Part shown: piece after piece, positions 38,176-50,660 of the stretch | Position numbering within the stretch: position 1 is the stretch's first letter | Layout: every line of letters starts with the position of its first letter | From: Podarcis vaucheri | Lineage: Eukaryota | Reading direction: 5' to 3' (one strand) | DNA length: 64,000 nucleotides | Assembly (NCBI GenBank): GCA_965113315.1 | Contig: OZ220363.1 | Position numbers and translations under genes: made by a program | The notes under the pieces: generated by a model | The model's database searches: none | Told to the model about the DNA's origin: nothing | The model's input: only the letters and a program-made list of their open reading frames with translations

Positions 38176-41100
38176 CACATCCTGCCCATGAACCTTTGGA
38201 TCAGCAAGCAGCTGGTGCTGACATCTATAGAGTCAACAGCAACAAAAAGGTCTCACATCTTGCCTTCTCATCACAACTGGCAACACTGGGTGCCTAGCAG
38301 CAAGTTATGGTGATGGAGGTGGGACCTCATTTTATTTCATTTAACCTTTCCAACGCAATCAAATTCAAAGTCTCCAAGTAGAAAATAAGTGGGAAAGCCT
38401 ATGGCATTTTTTTTAACAAGCAAAGCTGGGATTGTGAGCAACATGTCTAAGCATAACATGCCCTGCCCAATCCAGTCCCTGGCAGATGTAGTGTGGGGTT
38501 CTTCTAAATTCACCCAAAGCACAGATTTGCACTAGTTCACTCCAGCTCAGCGTCATAATCTGTATGTGTCCCCACAAGTTATTACCCTCGGGTTGAAAAG
38601 ATGGGAAGTGAAATCTTCCTGCAGAATAGAATAACCAATGCTACCAGATACATTCCATTGGGAGCCTCCCCTGAACAAAATAGCTGATATTAACATCAGG
38701 TTAACATAACTTGATCATCAGAAATAGACTATTTTTTCCCTGCAGTACTACTGCATGTTTTGCTACATGCTCCTGGTTCAGTCCACAATAGTCCTCAACC
38801 TTTTCAGACCAGAGACCTATTTTTAGCCGAAAAATACATTTGGGCACCCACTTTTTATTTATCATTTATTTATTGCATAAAATTTATATACCGCTTGATT
38901 GTACAGAAAAACCTCAAAGCAGTTTACAAAAACATGAAGCAATAGCATTATTTCTGAAGCTTGGAGTTTTATTAGAATGGGGAATATTCCAGATAATCAC
39001 ATTTAATGAAAGAGCATATTCAAAAGTCAGGTGATTAACCAGTTTTTTTATTACATTTGTAGTCATTTCATGACTTTGAGGGACACTTGGCATACATGAT
39101 TTATTCCTGTCACATGCGAGTGTAGATTTCCATGCATGAGTCTGAATACAATAACTGACCATAACTCTCTCACACACCATCTACTAAATGGGCAGTAATG
39201 CTGTACATTTTCCTGTGAAATTAGAAGAAAATGTGAATGTTAACACAATGCGGGGCACAAAGTGTTAGTAGCTCTACAAGCAAATTTTAACTATGTGCAA
39301 CCTTCTTTCAGCTATTGAGGGGATGACTGGTAAACAACTCATGCCAGGCACACCAGGCAGCTAAGTGAGTCACTTGCCCCTAAATCCAGTCCTGACTCTA
39401 TCACTCCCATTCTTCCTCATCTGTATAGGCTTCCCATTGTTCTCCAGAACTAAATCTATGTACTGATTTACATCCCCAAAGGTCTGCGCCCTGTGCACTT
39501 TTACGAGTGCTATCCCACATATGCTCCTTCCTATCCCTTAAGATCTATCTTTGGTCAGCAGTCCCTTGTTTACTGAAGTACCTACTGAGGAGTGGAACGA
39601 GGCCTTTTACATGGTGGCACCTGTATTTTTGGAACCTGCATCTCAAGGACCCCAGTCTCTGGGGTCTTTCTGCTGGCAGGCACATATTTATGTTTGGAAA
39701 GAACAATGGAACATGATCTGGATGGGTCTTAATTTATACACTCTGCTATTTGTATTTAGATTGAATCTGTGTTTCTATGTAAGTTTTCAATTTTGGTTTT
39801 GATACTATTTTTACTCTTGCAGTCACGCTATGTTTTTTCCCCTTTTTTTGTAGAAATGAATTTTCAATTGGTTGCAGACCTATGAAAAGTTTATTTAATT
39901 GTGCTTCTATTTAGAGCACACATATTTCACAATACAATTAGCTAATACAATTTAAAGAATAATCCTAACTCTCAGATCCATCTGCTGGAGGGGATTAACG
40001 TGCGTAGAGGTGTCTTTCTGCCAATGAAGAGCAGCTCACCTGTTTTTTGGGGGGGTGGAGGGAATATGCACTGCTGAGGCCTCTGGTATGGTCACTGAAA
40101 GCTCCATGGACATAGCCAGGATTTGGCCCTGAAGCAGGGCAGGGCAGAGGCAGCACTGGATATGCTGGATCCAAAGCACTATATTCTCTCAAGAGACTCT
40201 GGGATAGAACCCATAAATTTTTACAGCCCATAACTGCTATGGATAACACACACACACATTTCAAGGTGGGTAGAAATTTTTAATGCCAGAGCAAAAAGGA
40301 AGAACCATGGTGCCCACAAACTGGTAAGACTTTGGAAGTGGAAAACTATTCCCCCCTTTGCACCATCCCACTTAGGATTGCTATGTCCAGCTGTAGTCCT
40401 ATGCAGGCTTACTTGGGAGTAAGTCTTGCTGAACTCATTGAGACATACTTCTGAGTAAACATACACAGGATTGTGCTGCTAGGCAGATGTGATCTCTGAT
40501 GTGCTTGCTTCTGAATTATCTTCCTGCTGTCAGAATGATCCAACGTAAGTCAACATTCCATTGTTCATCCAACGGTTTGATAGCTCAGGCTCAAAATCTT
40601 GGCAGAAGCAGAATAGCCTAAAGTTCCTTTTGCACTGAAGCAACTCAAAAGTCACCAACAGACGGCATGCACTCAAGCGGGCACACAAATTATCATTTTT
40701 ATTCCTTCATTCCTTATACCTCCGCCAAGGAGTTCTCCAAATTTGGTGGCCCAAATATATTAAGCATATATAGTTTACATGATTTATGCTAGATGCAGAT
40801 CTTGTTTTTTCCTTCCTTCAATCATTTGTGGAAATCCACCATGAACTTCCAGCTCTGCTGCAGGCACTAACTCATGCTGTTTTTCTACATGATACATTTT
40901 CAAGGAATAAAATAAATTTAAAAAGAAAAGTCAAAGCTTCACCTTTCAATGAACTTTTGGGGTGTAGCGCAGAATTAAATCTCACACTCATTACCTCAGC
41001 TTTCCACTGCGTTGTAAGTGCAGGGTCAGAAGGCACTTCTGCAATCTCCTGTATCTCACAGAACAACATAATAGCATCCCACCTATGTCTGGGTATTTGA

Positions 41101-41659
41101 GGGAGAGCCTGCCAAAACCCTAAACACTCTGGATTTCCAATTTATTCGTGACAAGATCCTTCCAAGATAAAAGAAAACAAATGTTTACATACCCCTAGGA
41201 ACAACTGTTCTCTACCCCAGTCATATTTCCTTTAATCTGTTATTGACCCTATAATTGAATAAACCTATTATCTGTAAATCTCATTAAAGGATTATGACAA
41301 CTGGGCTGTCCATATTCAAAAGGCATGTTCCTTGGCAAAAAGAAAGAACCTATTAAAAAAAAATGCTAAGGCTGGAGACAGATAAAAGAGCGTTTCGGTC
41401 CCCCCCCCCCCGCCCAAAATTGTTGAAGAAAGTCTGAAAGAGGGATAGGTTCTTATGGAATGTCTACTGCGGGTGGTCATGTATACTACCTTACAGAGGC
41501 CAGGGCTCTGTTTGAGAGCTAGCAGATGACTATTTGAAAAGGCTGCCTGGTCCAGAACAAGTTTAAAAGAATCCTATGCAGGGACAGCTAGCAGGGGCTT
41601 TGGAGTAGTCAATCAACAGTTAACACTTCAGAAAGTAAATGGAGCAAACACACAGGTTA

Positions 41660-42014
41660 AGGTAAAGGTAAAGGGGCCCCTGATCATTAGGTCCAGTCAT
41701 GGCTGACTCTGGGGTTGTGGCACTCATCTCGCTTTATTGGCCGAGGGAGCCAGCATACAGCTTCCGGGTCATGTGGCCAGCATGACTAAGCCGCTTCTGG
41801 CGAACCAGAGCAGTGCACGGAAACACTGTTAACCTTCCCGCTGGAGCGGTACCTATTTATCTACTTGCACTTTGACGTGCTTTCGAACTGCTAGGTTGGC
41901 AGGAGCAGGACCCAGCAACAGGAGCTCACCCTATCGCGGGGATTCAAACCGCCAACCTTCTGATCGGCAAGTCCTAGGCTCTGTGGTTTAATCCACAGCA
42001 CCACCTGCGTCCCT
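41660..42014 (-). mobile_element. Sauria (Squam1) SINE, full length
   Basis: Reverse-complement copy of the 26.3-kb element; 13-bp TSD AACACACAGGTTA at 41647-41659 and 42015-42027. Confidence 0.93.
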
Positions 42015-44011
42015 AACACACAGGTTACCTGGGCACAATCTTCCCTACTAGGGTGAGATGGGGAACCGCCAGGTACTGTTGAGCTTCTTTGCTTGCTTGC
42101 TTGCTTGCTTGTTTGTATGCCGCCCTTCATCTGAAGGTGACAGGGCAGTTCACAACATAAAAACTACACCTCCCATCACGCCTGGTCATTGGTCATACGG
42201 CTTGGGCTGATGGAGCCGGAGTTCAACGACATCTGGAGGGCCCCTGGTTCCCCAGCTCTCATTTAAATTACTGTAATTATTTCCAAATTTGCATCTTACG
42301 TATATAACTCAGCAAATCTGTGTCCTCTTTTGCCCTCTTAGCAGCCACCATATGTACACCTGAATTTGGCCCTACAGCACTAACTCCAAGTTGGAGTTAG
42401 ATTATATGCAAGAAAATAACTTGGAGAGACTTGTCCTTTGGCTTGCAACAAAATAATCTAATTTTACGGCACTTTGGCAAACTCTTCCCCTTATTCCAGT
42501 TTTGCCTTCGCTCCGACACCGAACACCTCATCACCTATCTAGCAACCAGCAGAATACAGCAATTTCGTGTCTACATCTACACATGGAACTTAGCATTTCA
42601 GATTTCAACAGTATGTTGGAACAAAGTGGCTTCTGTTTTTCATGTGTATAACATGCCCATTATATAGGGGGATGCCCCTGCCATGAGTCAGCTAATTCTA
42701 ACTCCTCTCCACAATCATGAATAGCTTTGGAAGACTGGGGAGTGGGGGAATGGGCTGGGGGAATGTTAACAGAGAATCGTTAACATCAAGTTTCCTTTTC
42801 TCCCTGAGCATTTTCCCTAATGTATTTTAAAATCTGGTTCCACCTCTCACTGCATGTTTTCAGGATATTGTGAGTCTGCAGAGCTGACCCTTTTTCTAGC
42901 CCAGATTTTCTCTTTTCAACCAGCTCTATGAAAATGAAAAAATCATTTCGTTATTTTACGCAGAGTTCTACTGTTTAGAAGACCAACCAATGGTCACTTT
43001 TTCTTGAAGTTTGTCACAGTCCTCAGAAGAGAGGTGTTTCCAAAGTTCAAGGTGAAAGAAGAACTTTTAATGTTCCACACAAAGGACACCTTATGCAGCA
43101 TTACCATTTGTTGTACAAACCTGTAATCATGGAAGATAACAGCTTGAAGAATCCAGGTATACATGTATTTACATGACTGCTTTCTGACTTAAAATGTAGT
43201 CAACCTGTTTGTGTTTTTTCATGTGCTGATGCAGAATTCCACAGGTGACTGGAAACGTCTAAGACTACTCAAGCATGACTCTTTCCCCATTATTCCAGGC
43301 AAGAATGTTTTATTTTCACTACATTGTATTATTAAACATACATAAAAGGCTGTGTATACTTATAATACTATATTGTAAGACTATGGGCAGGGCTCTGCTG
43401 TTTTCTCATTTTATGTACAATAATCACACATGGAATTAATTCCATGCTATAAGGAAGCTCAACTTCTCCGTGTCTATTTTATTACAGTGTTAAGGACAAT
43501 AGGCTGAATGGCAAGCTCTTTATTATCCACCCCACCCCTCTTCTTCTTCTTTTCTGTATATTTAGAAGTAACTGGAGATGAATGCATATTTCTGGTCCAT
43601 TTAAGTGAGAGTGGAGAACTGGGTGAAGGGTGAATGGGGAAAGCATCTAAATTCGATCATATGGCACGGAATGTTCTTCCATTGTTTTAATATTATTATT
43701 TTAAAAATCTTAAAATTAAACACAATAAAATCAAACTCCAATTTAGGATTTGTTTATGTGGCTAAGAGATAATTCCAAGGTTGACACAAGTTTTCTTTCT
43801 TTTAAGTGAAAGAAAGGACAAAGATAACAATGTTATCCTTTGAATACTGGAATTTTTACTCCCTAGGGAGCCATGCAGCACAATCCTACGCAGTGAGGCT
43901 TCCTCCCAAAGGAAGAACCTAGGCCGCTTCCTTATAACAATTTGGACCATTTCTCATCTGCCTCAGTGTCACCTACACTTTCTAGGGTTTCAGGCACGAA
44001 GCTTTCCCAGC

Positions 44012-44088
44012 ACTGCCTGGAGACACCAGAGATTGAACGTGGGACCTTTTGGAAGCAAAGCATACCCTCTACCACTGATCTGTGGTCT
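44012..44088 (-). mobile_element. Degenerate tRNA-derived SINE head (Squam3-like)
   Basis: The reverse complement resembles CAGTGGTAGAG...TTTGC...AAGGTCCC..GTTCAATC.CTGG. Confidence 0.5.
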
Positions 44089-44285
44089 CTTCCCAGGTAA
44101 GTGTGGCTCAGATGGCAGCCGAAATCATCAATGCTATCAATCAGTATCTAAAGAATTGCATGGGAAATATATGCATTTGCATTCCATGTGCCATGAATGT
44201 AATGATATTAGTGGCTAGTGGGGTGGTGTAATTGACCTGGCTTCCCAACCAATACCAATACAATTTATTACTACTGGGTAACATT

Positions 44286-44600
44286 TTGCTGATCTAAAGG
44301 TCGGCGGTTCGAATCCCCACGACGGGGTGAGCTCCTGTTGCTCGGTCCCTGCTCCTGCCAACCTAGCAGTTCGAAAGCATGTCAAAGTGCAAGTAGATAA
44401 ATAGGTACCGCTCCGGCAGGAAGGTAAACAGCGTTTCCGTGCACTGCTCTGGTTCGCCAGAAGCGGCTTAGTCATGCTGGCCACATAACCCAGAAGCTGT
44501 ACACCAGCTCCCTCGGCCAATAAAGCGAAATGAGCACCGCAACCCCAGAGTCGTCCGCGACTGGACCTAATGGTCAGGGGTCCCTTTACCCCTACCTTTA
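44286..44600 (+). mobile_element. Sauria (Squam1) SINE, 5'-truncated
   Basis: Very similar to the other two copies from the B-box (GGTTCGAATCCC) to the CCTTTACC tail. Confidence 0.9.
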
Positions 44601-44729
44601 GCATCTACCTATAGCATCTACCTATAGAGGTATAGATGGCTTTGGGACAGCTGAACTATATCTCCAATTGCACAATCTTCATTGCCAGTTGCCTGCCTCA
44701 ATATGCCCCATATCTGCCCATTTCTATGC

Positions 44730-45380
44730 TACTGACCAATACCAAGATGAAGGTTTACCATTGTTGAGCACACTGCTTTATGGAACTGAGTTGTGAACAG
44801 ATTACACCCTCCATATGCCTTCCATATGTGCTGCATCAGGAAGATTTTGGGCATCACGTGGCAGCACAGAGTCTCAACAAATATGTGCTCCCCCAAGCCC
44901 AGATTCCTATGATGTTCGCACTTCTGTCTCTGTGATGTCTACACTGGCTTGGTCATGTCCACAAAATGGAAGATGGCAGGATCCCCATGAACATGCTCTT
45001 CAGGGAGCTGGCTTCAGGCACTGGCCTGTTGGCAGACCAACTCTGCGTTACAAAGATGTCTGCTAACGTGACGTTAAGGCTGGCAACATTGACCTCACCA
45101 TATGGGAATCCTTTGCAAACAATCACAGTGCCTGGAGACAGACAGACAGGCCATGTATCCACAGAAGTGACCAGAGGAGGAATGACCACTGGGAGGAGCG
45201 GGGGGACGGGACACACCACGGTGCATCTGTAGAAGCAAAACTAGATGCCTTCATCTGCCCACCTGCAATAAAACATGCCTCTCCCGTATTGGTCTCTACA
45301 GCTGTAACTCTCCAATAGTTTGACTTTACTCCCGAAGGTGGATTCTTCCATTGTCTCCCAAGACAGACAGATGCCAGCAA
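44730..45380 (+). mobile_element. Older RTE-clade LINE 3' fragment
   Basis: Remnants TKMKVY...LSTLLYG, WLGHVHKMEDGRIP, GRPTLRYKDVC. Confidence 0.75.
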
Positions 45381-45892
45381 CCGTCAGGATTAGTTAGGTT
45401 TTAAACTAACAACCTCCTGGTCTACATGCTGATAGTGAACTACTTTTGGGGAGGAAAAGAAAAGGCAATGGTCCATTTTAGGGCATGTTTGGAAAACTGT
45501 GTATCACCTATGTAATAGCTTTGTTTACAAGACCAATTGTGGGGGCTCGGGAAGAAAGACAATGAATGCAAGTAAGAGTGGGAGCAGGATCATGCTGGCA
45601 GGCCCCTCACCCAGATCTCTGTGAATTCCTTGGTTTTTCCTACTAGAACTATAAAACTGTACCTGGATAACTAGATCCACAAGCTCCCGCTTTCTATGAA
45701 AACAGCAGTGTTCTTTTGGAAGGCAATGCTAAACCTAGCAAAATATCACTCTCCAGTATTCCAGCAAAAAGTATGAAATCTGAATATTTCATGTATATAT
45801 TCACTTGTAGGAACATTTGAATGTGTTTCCAGAATGCTAGTAACATTTAACATTTCCAGAATGCTAACAACATTTAACACAACATGCTTATG

Positions 45893-46770
45893 CTTCTTCT
45901 TCGCTTATGCAATCACTTGTAGCCAAGTAAGGTTGTCTTCCATAAACACTGTTTGAACAATGAGTGCATCGGTAACTGTGAAGGCCAAATCTGGATCCAC
46001 ACGTCCTACCACAGTGGGGACATTGGTTTCCGGGCAGGAGTTGATCACGGTGTAGATTTGCCATCTATGCCTTCCTCTTAGCACGTTTCTCCCTTGTGTC
46101 CTGAATTCGAGTGTCTTCAAAGCCCATGACACCTTTGGTAAAGGCTGTTCTCCAATTGGAGCGCTCACAGGCAAATGTTTCCCAATTGTTGGTGTTTATA
46201 CTACATTTTTTAAAGATTTGCCTTGAGACAGTCTTTAAGACTCTTTTGTTGACCACCAGCATTACGCTTTCCATTTTTAAGTTTGGAATAGAGTAGTTGC
46301 TTTGGAAGACAATAATCAAGCATTCGCACAACATGACCAGTCTAACGAAGCTGATGTTGAAGAGTCATTGGTCAACACTGGTGATCCTTGCTTCTTCCGG
46401 TACACTGGTATTACTTTGCCTGTCTTCCCAAGTGATGTGCAAAAAATTTTGGAGACACCATTGATGGAATCTTTCAAGGAGTTGCAGATGGCGCTTATAA
46501 GAGGTCCATGTTTCACAAGCATACAGTAAGGTTGGTAGCACAATAGCTTTGTAAACAAGCATTTTGGTCTCCCTGCGAATGTCCCGGTCCTCAAACACTC
46601 TGCACTTCAATTGCGAGAAAGCCGCACTCGCAGAGCTCAGGCGATGCTGTATTTCGGCATCAGTGTAGGCTCTTGCAGAAAGATAACTGCCCAGGTAGGA
46701 GAAGTGATCGACATTTTCCAACGTTACACTACTGAGTTGGATTTGTGGTGCTGCAGAGGGGTTATTTTGC
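45893..46770 (-). mobile_element. RTE-clade LINE 3' fragment (frameshifted ORF2 C-terminus)
   Basis: LENVDHFSYLGS...EIQHRLSSASAAF...KMLVYKAIVLPTLLYACETWT; broken across several ORFs; (GAA)n tail. Confidence 0.85.
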
Positions 46771-46902
46771 AACTGACAGCTTGTGTAACTCACAACTGAA
46801 AAGCACCAGAGTCCTACCACTGCTACTTTTTTGTTTTGTCAAAGGTCTTCTTAAGGGAAAGTAGAGGTAAATAGGGAGAGGGGACAGATAGACCTATATG
46901 GT

Positions 46903-46945
<43 letters not shown>
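46903..46945. repeat. (AAC)n microsatellite
   Basis: Direct reading. Confidence 0.97.
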
Positions 46946-47748
46946 CATGGGCCCCAAAGGTGGATCCCAAGTTTGAGAACTTAATCATTTAACTAATGGA
47001 TTTTTGTGAGATATTACTTTTTACCTCTCAAAGACCCAGCACAAATGGAACTCCCTCTTTCTGCTGGCTGTTTTCCCAGACTTCACAATATCTCCCCTCA
47101 TGTCTTATCCTTGGCAGTTGTCACTGACAACATCCACCTCTCCACTCTGCTCCATTTTCTGAAAACAAGGACTGGTGAAACAATTCTTCCAACTGTGAGG
47201 CTCCTTTCAGTCCCAGAGATAAAAAGACACCCCCCATAAGAACACATTCTTCTCCAAATAACTGTTTCCCCCATATTCCTCTTGTTTTCTATGGACCCTG
47301 ACCTGGCAAATCTCTTAATGCATTTACATGACCTTTTAAAGCCATGTCCTAGAGAATGTGAAGCCTGCCTTCAACAGAATATCACTGAAAGTGCAATTAA
47401 TTGCTTCCTGTCTGGAGATGCATTAAGAAGCTATTGTATTTCAGATTTCAGGACCAGTTTCCATAAGAAAGGAAATGCACTGAAATCAGACCCACTAGGG
47501 AGCAGATAACATGGCAACAGAAGATTCTCTATTGCTCACTTGGGAATCTGCCAGAAACATGTTTTCTTTTCTGCACATACCACCTCCCACTTCTTTACAC
47601 ACACACAACTAAGTTGAGATGGGCAGTTCCACTATGGTCATATACCCTGGAAAGACCCATCACTACCTCCAGTAAGAGTCAATATAACATAACGCAGGAG
47701 ATCTGTGAATACAATCTCCAAAAGGGAAGGGTGAGAATTTGGATCAGA

Positions 47749-47979
47749 CATACCCCTCAATCATCCTGATTGGACCAGGACATCCCAAAATTACAGAAGA
47801 AATCCTAGTTTCTGATTGGATCATGGGATGTCCTGTTTTGACTCCCACAAGAGCGTGGTCCCCAAAGATGCATGTTTTGGGGGACCACGCTCTTGCACGA
47901 GTTAGTTACCCATGCAGGAGTGGAGCCCCGAGAGACATGTGTCCCGAATTTCTTCAGCGACAGCATGTTGGAGGGTATG
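47749..47979. mobile_element. Unclassified TIR element (CATACCC...GGGTATG) with central palindrome
   Basis: Termini CATACCCCTCAA / TTGGAGGGTATG; flanks GATCAGA / AATCAGA; hairpin at 47848-47895. Confidence 0.6.
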
Positions 47980-48429
47980 AATCAGACAGTGGTATTTGGG
48001 AATAGCAGCACTTAGCTAATGATTCCTCCCTGCATGGTTTGCCCAATTAAACTCATAACTCTTTTCCTTCATAAATTATCCATGAGTAACATATGGGTAC
48101 CTATATGCTTTGTCCATAGGGTGTGGTTTTAATTGGAAAATGGCTGTCCTAATCATAAAAAGTACTTGAAGGAATGCAGAAGAAAAGGCCTTCCTACATA
48201 TCAAGAGTTGCCAAGCCAACAATTCATTGCAATGTAAGTTCTATCAAAAGATTTTGGCAAAATATATAAAGTATTGCAATATAGTAGATTCTGTTATACC
48301 TGTTAAATGTAAATAATTATTTGAAAATGCATCAGCCAAAGCTATAATTACTTCAGGGGAGGGGCGGGCAGGCAGAAGATAGGGGAAGCCTCCTAATTTT
48401 CCTCAAGACAGGAATAGGTTTTTTTTAAT

Positions 48430-49330
48430 AAATCTATTTATTTGTTTAGCTGTAGACATTACAAAAGATAAAATACATTACACAGTTAAAATAATTATTA
48501 CAACCAGACATTTTGTCAAATAAGAGTATACTCCCCTGAGTAATTTATCATCCTCACAAACATTTCTCCTTAAAATTGCCACTCTAAAAGCAACACGGGC
48601 CTTTTTTCAGAGGTGTAAGGGGACCTGTCCCCTAATAAAAAGTTAAGCAAGTACCCAATCTGTCTCTCTATTGGGAGATTTAAATCTTTGAACAAGTCCT
48701 TGTAACTTAGGCAAACCACCAAGTAGTGAGGCATATTACCTCCACACGGGCAAACTCTCTTCAGAGGGGATCCAGTGACAGTGTCCTTCAACTATGGCAG
48801 TGAAAAACTGGAGTCACAGAACTGCAAAGCCTTTTCATCATCTGATATTTATGATGCTGGTAACATAGTGAGTGAGGGTATGGAGTCTGAATGGGTAGTT
48901 TGGCATACAATAGCACATTTAGACAGACAGGCAGAAGTGTGATCAGCACAAAAATCATGCTTTAAAATGTGAGATTCCATGTGGTGAGATACCATCTCAA
49001 AGCCTTACGAACTCAGAATGTCCACCAAAGAATTGCCATACTTATCAACAGCTTATAGCATTTCCTGATTCCAAGATGAGGTCACTCTAATGTTAAGATT
49101 CAGCATCTTCTTGAAAGCAGAATGTAATAAATGGGCCCCATTCCCTTTTTAGAATTTATACAATATCTAAGAACAAGGATGTGCACTCTGGCCTTCACTG
49201 AACAAAGATCAGCTTCTAAGTGGAGAATGGAAGACTGAGCTCTCCTGGGGAGCTCTAAAATAGAACTAAGATATTTATTATGGGGCATTTCCAGATTCAT
49301 TTTTTGAAGAGGTCTCCATATTTGTGTGCC
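48430..49330 (-). mobile_element. Degenerate non-LTR retrotransposon 3' fragment with CCHC-like motif (RTE-X-like; clade uncertain)
   Basis: RVCPCGG...HYLVVC..Y..L zinc-knuckle-like motif and NKYL.SIL.LPR....S.L.LEA segment; AT-rich tail near 48430. Confidence 0.5.
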
Positions 49331-49475
49331 TTTGGTTTCATAAATTTTGGGGGCTAGGAGAATCTATCTACCTCCATTTCTCCAACAGAACACTGATAGA
49401 GTTCACTGTATTACTTATCACTGGAATAGTTTAAAATGGGGAGAATCTTAGTGACAACACTTATAAGAATAAGAA

Positions 49476-49817
49476 CAGAGTCTCCAAGTGTCCCTATTTT
49501 CCAGGGACGTCCCTGATTTAGAGAAAATGTCCCCATTTCTAATTTGATCCCAGAGTGTCTTGCTTTTCTTTAGCATGTCCCTATTTTCATTAGAGAAATG
49601 TTGGAGGATATGGAGTTTTTCAACTCACGAGATGTCTGAAGGCAATCCTGTATAGGGAAGGTTTTTTTAATGTTTAATGTTTTATTATTTTTTTATATGT
49701 TGGAAGCTGCCCAGAGTGGCTGGGGCAACCCAGAAAGTTGTGTGGGGTAAAAACAGTAAAATTATCATCATGGAATGGGACATCCCTATTTTCATCAGAT
49801 AAATGTTGGAGGGTGTG
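49476..49817. mobile_element. Related TIR element with duplicated right end and embedded L2-like tail
   Basis: Right terminus TGTTGGAGGGTGTG; TCCCTATTTTCAT.AGA.AAATGTTGGAGG occurs twice (about 49578 and 49783); degenerate left end CAGAGTCTCCAAGTGTCCC. Confidence 0.55.
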
Positions 49818-50524
49818 CAAGAAAGGTCTCTTTCACTAGACCTCCGACAAAGGCTTATGTATCTGCGGCCTTGCAATTATAAAATTGCTTCTTTGACCCT
49901 AAGACCTGCTTCCAAAGCTGTTGTATAGAGATGTTTCATCATCACACTTCTTCACTTTCATAAATTCTACACAATTAGGCCAGTGAGCTACAGCCTTTCC
50001 CACTTCCCTACTCTCACTGCAGAAAAATGGAATTCACAATGAAATCCAATAATGCACTAAATGAAACTTGACTCTTTTCAGTTTAAACCAAAGCTTAGAG
50101 TGATTTGAATTAAAGCAACCACCTCCTAGTCAAGAATATCACTTAAAGAAAACCTCCCAAAACCTAGATTAATACATAAGCTGGGGAAAGAGGGGCCAAG
50201 CAAGAAAAAAGGATGTGAACATTTAAGCTTGTAGTTTCTCAAGGTCAATCAAAGGCGTTAACAAGGAGGCCTTTCTTCAGGAAGAGCAGCCAAAATTGAT
50301 TTCTCATGCTGGTGACTCAAAGGCCAAAGGGAGAGGGGCTGCTGTCTCAGTACTGCTGTACGGAAAATATTTTGAATCACTGTTGTACAGCTGGACTAGC
50401 TTATTTGCCTCTAATACAGAAAATTAAAAAATCTCCATCTGTGCTGATTTCTTATTCCAAAATGTGAATGTGGAAGGAGTAGGCATATTCTGCTAGCATT
50501 AACTAGCTTTGCCCCTGGAGTCTG

Positions 50525-50660
50525 TTCCGCTGTCAAACAGCTCTTACTGTCAGAAAGTTGTTCCTGATGTTTAGTTGGAATCTCTTTTCTTGTAACTTGA
50601 ATCCATTGGTTCGGGTACTAGTCTCCAGAGCAGGGGGAAAACAAGCTTGCTCCATCCTCC
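50525..50660 (-). mobile_element. CR1 ORF2-end fragment
   Basis: ACAGCTCTTACTGTCAGAAAGTT.TTCCT.ATGTTTAG..GGAATCTC.TTTCTTGTAA.TTGAA.CCATTGGTTCG motif. Confidence 0.65.

Noticed and set aside
45893-46820. Functional or domesticated reverse transcriptase gene
   Set aside because: 5'-truncated and frameshifted, and lacks the RT catalytic core.
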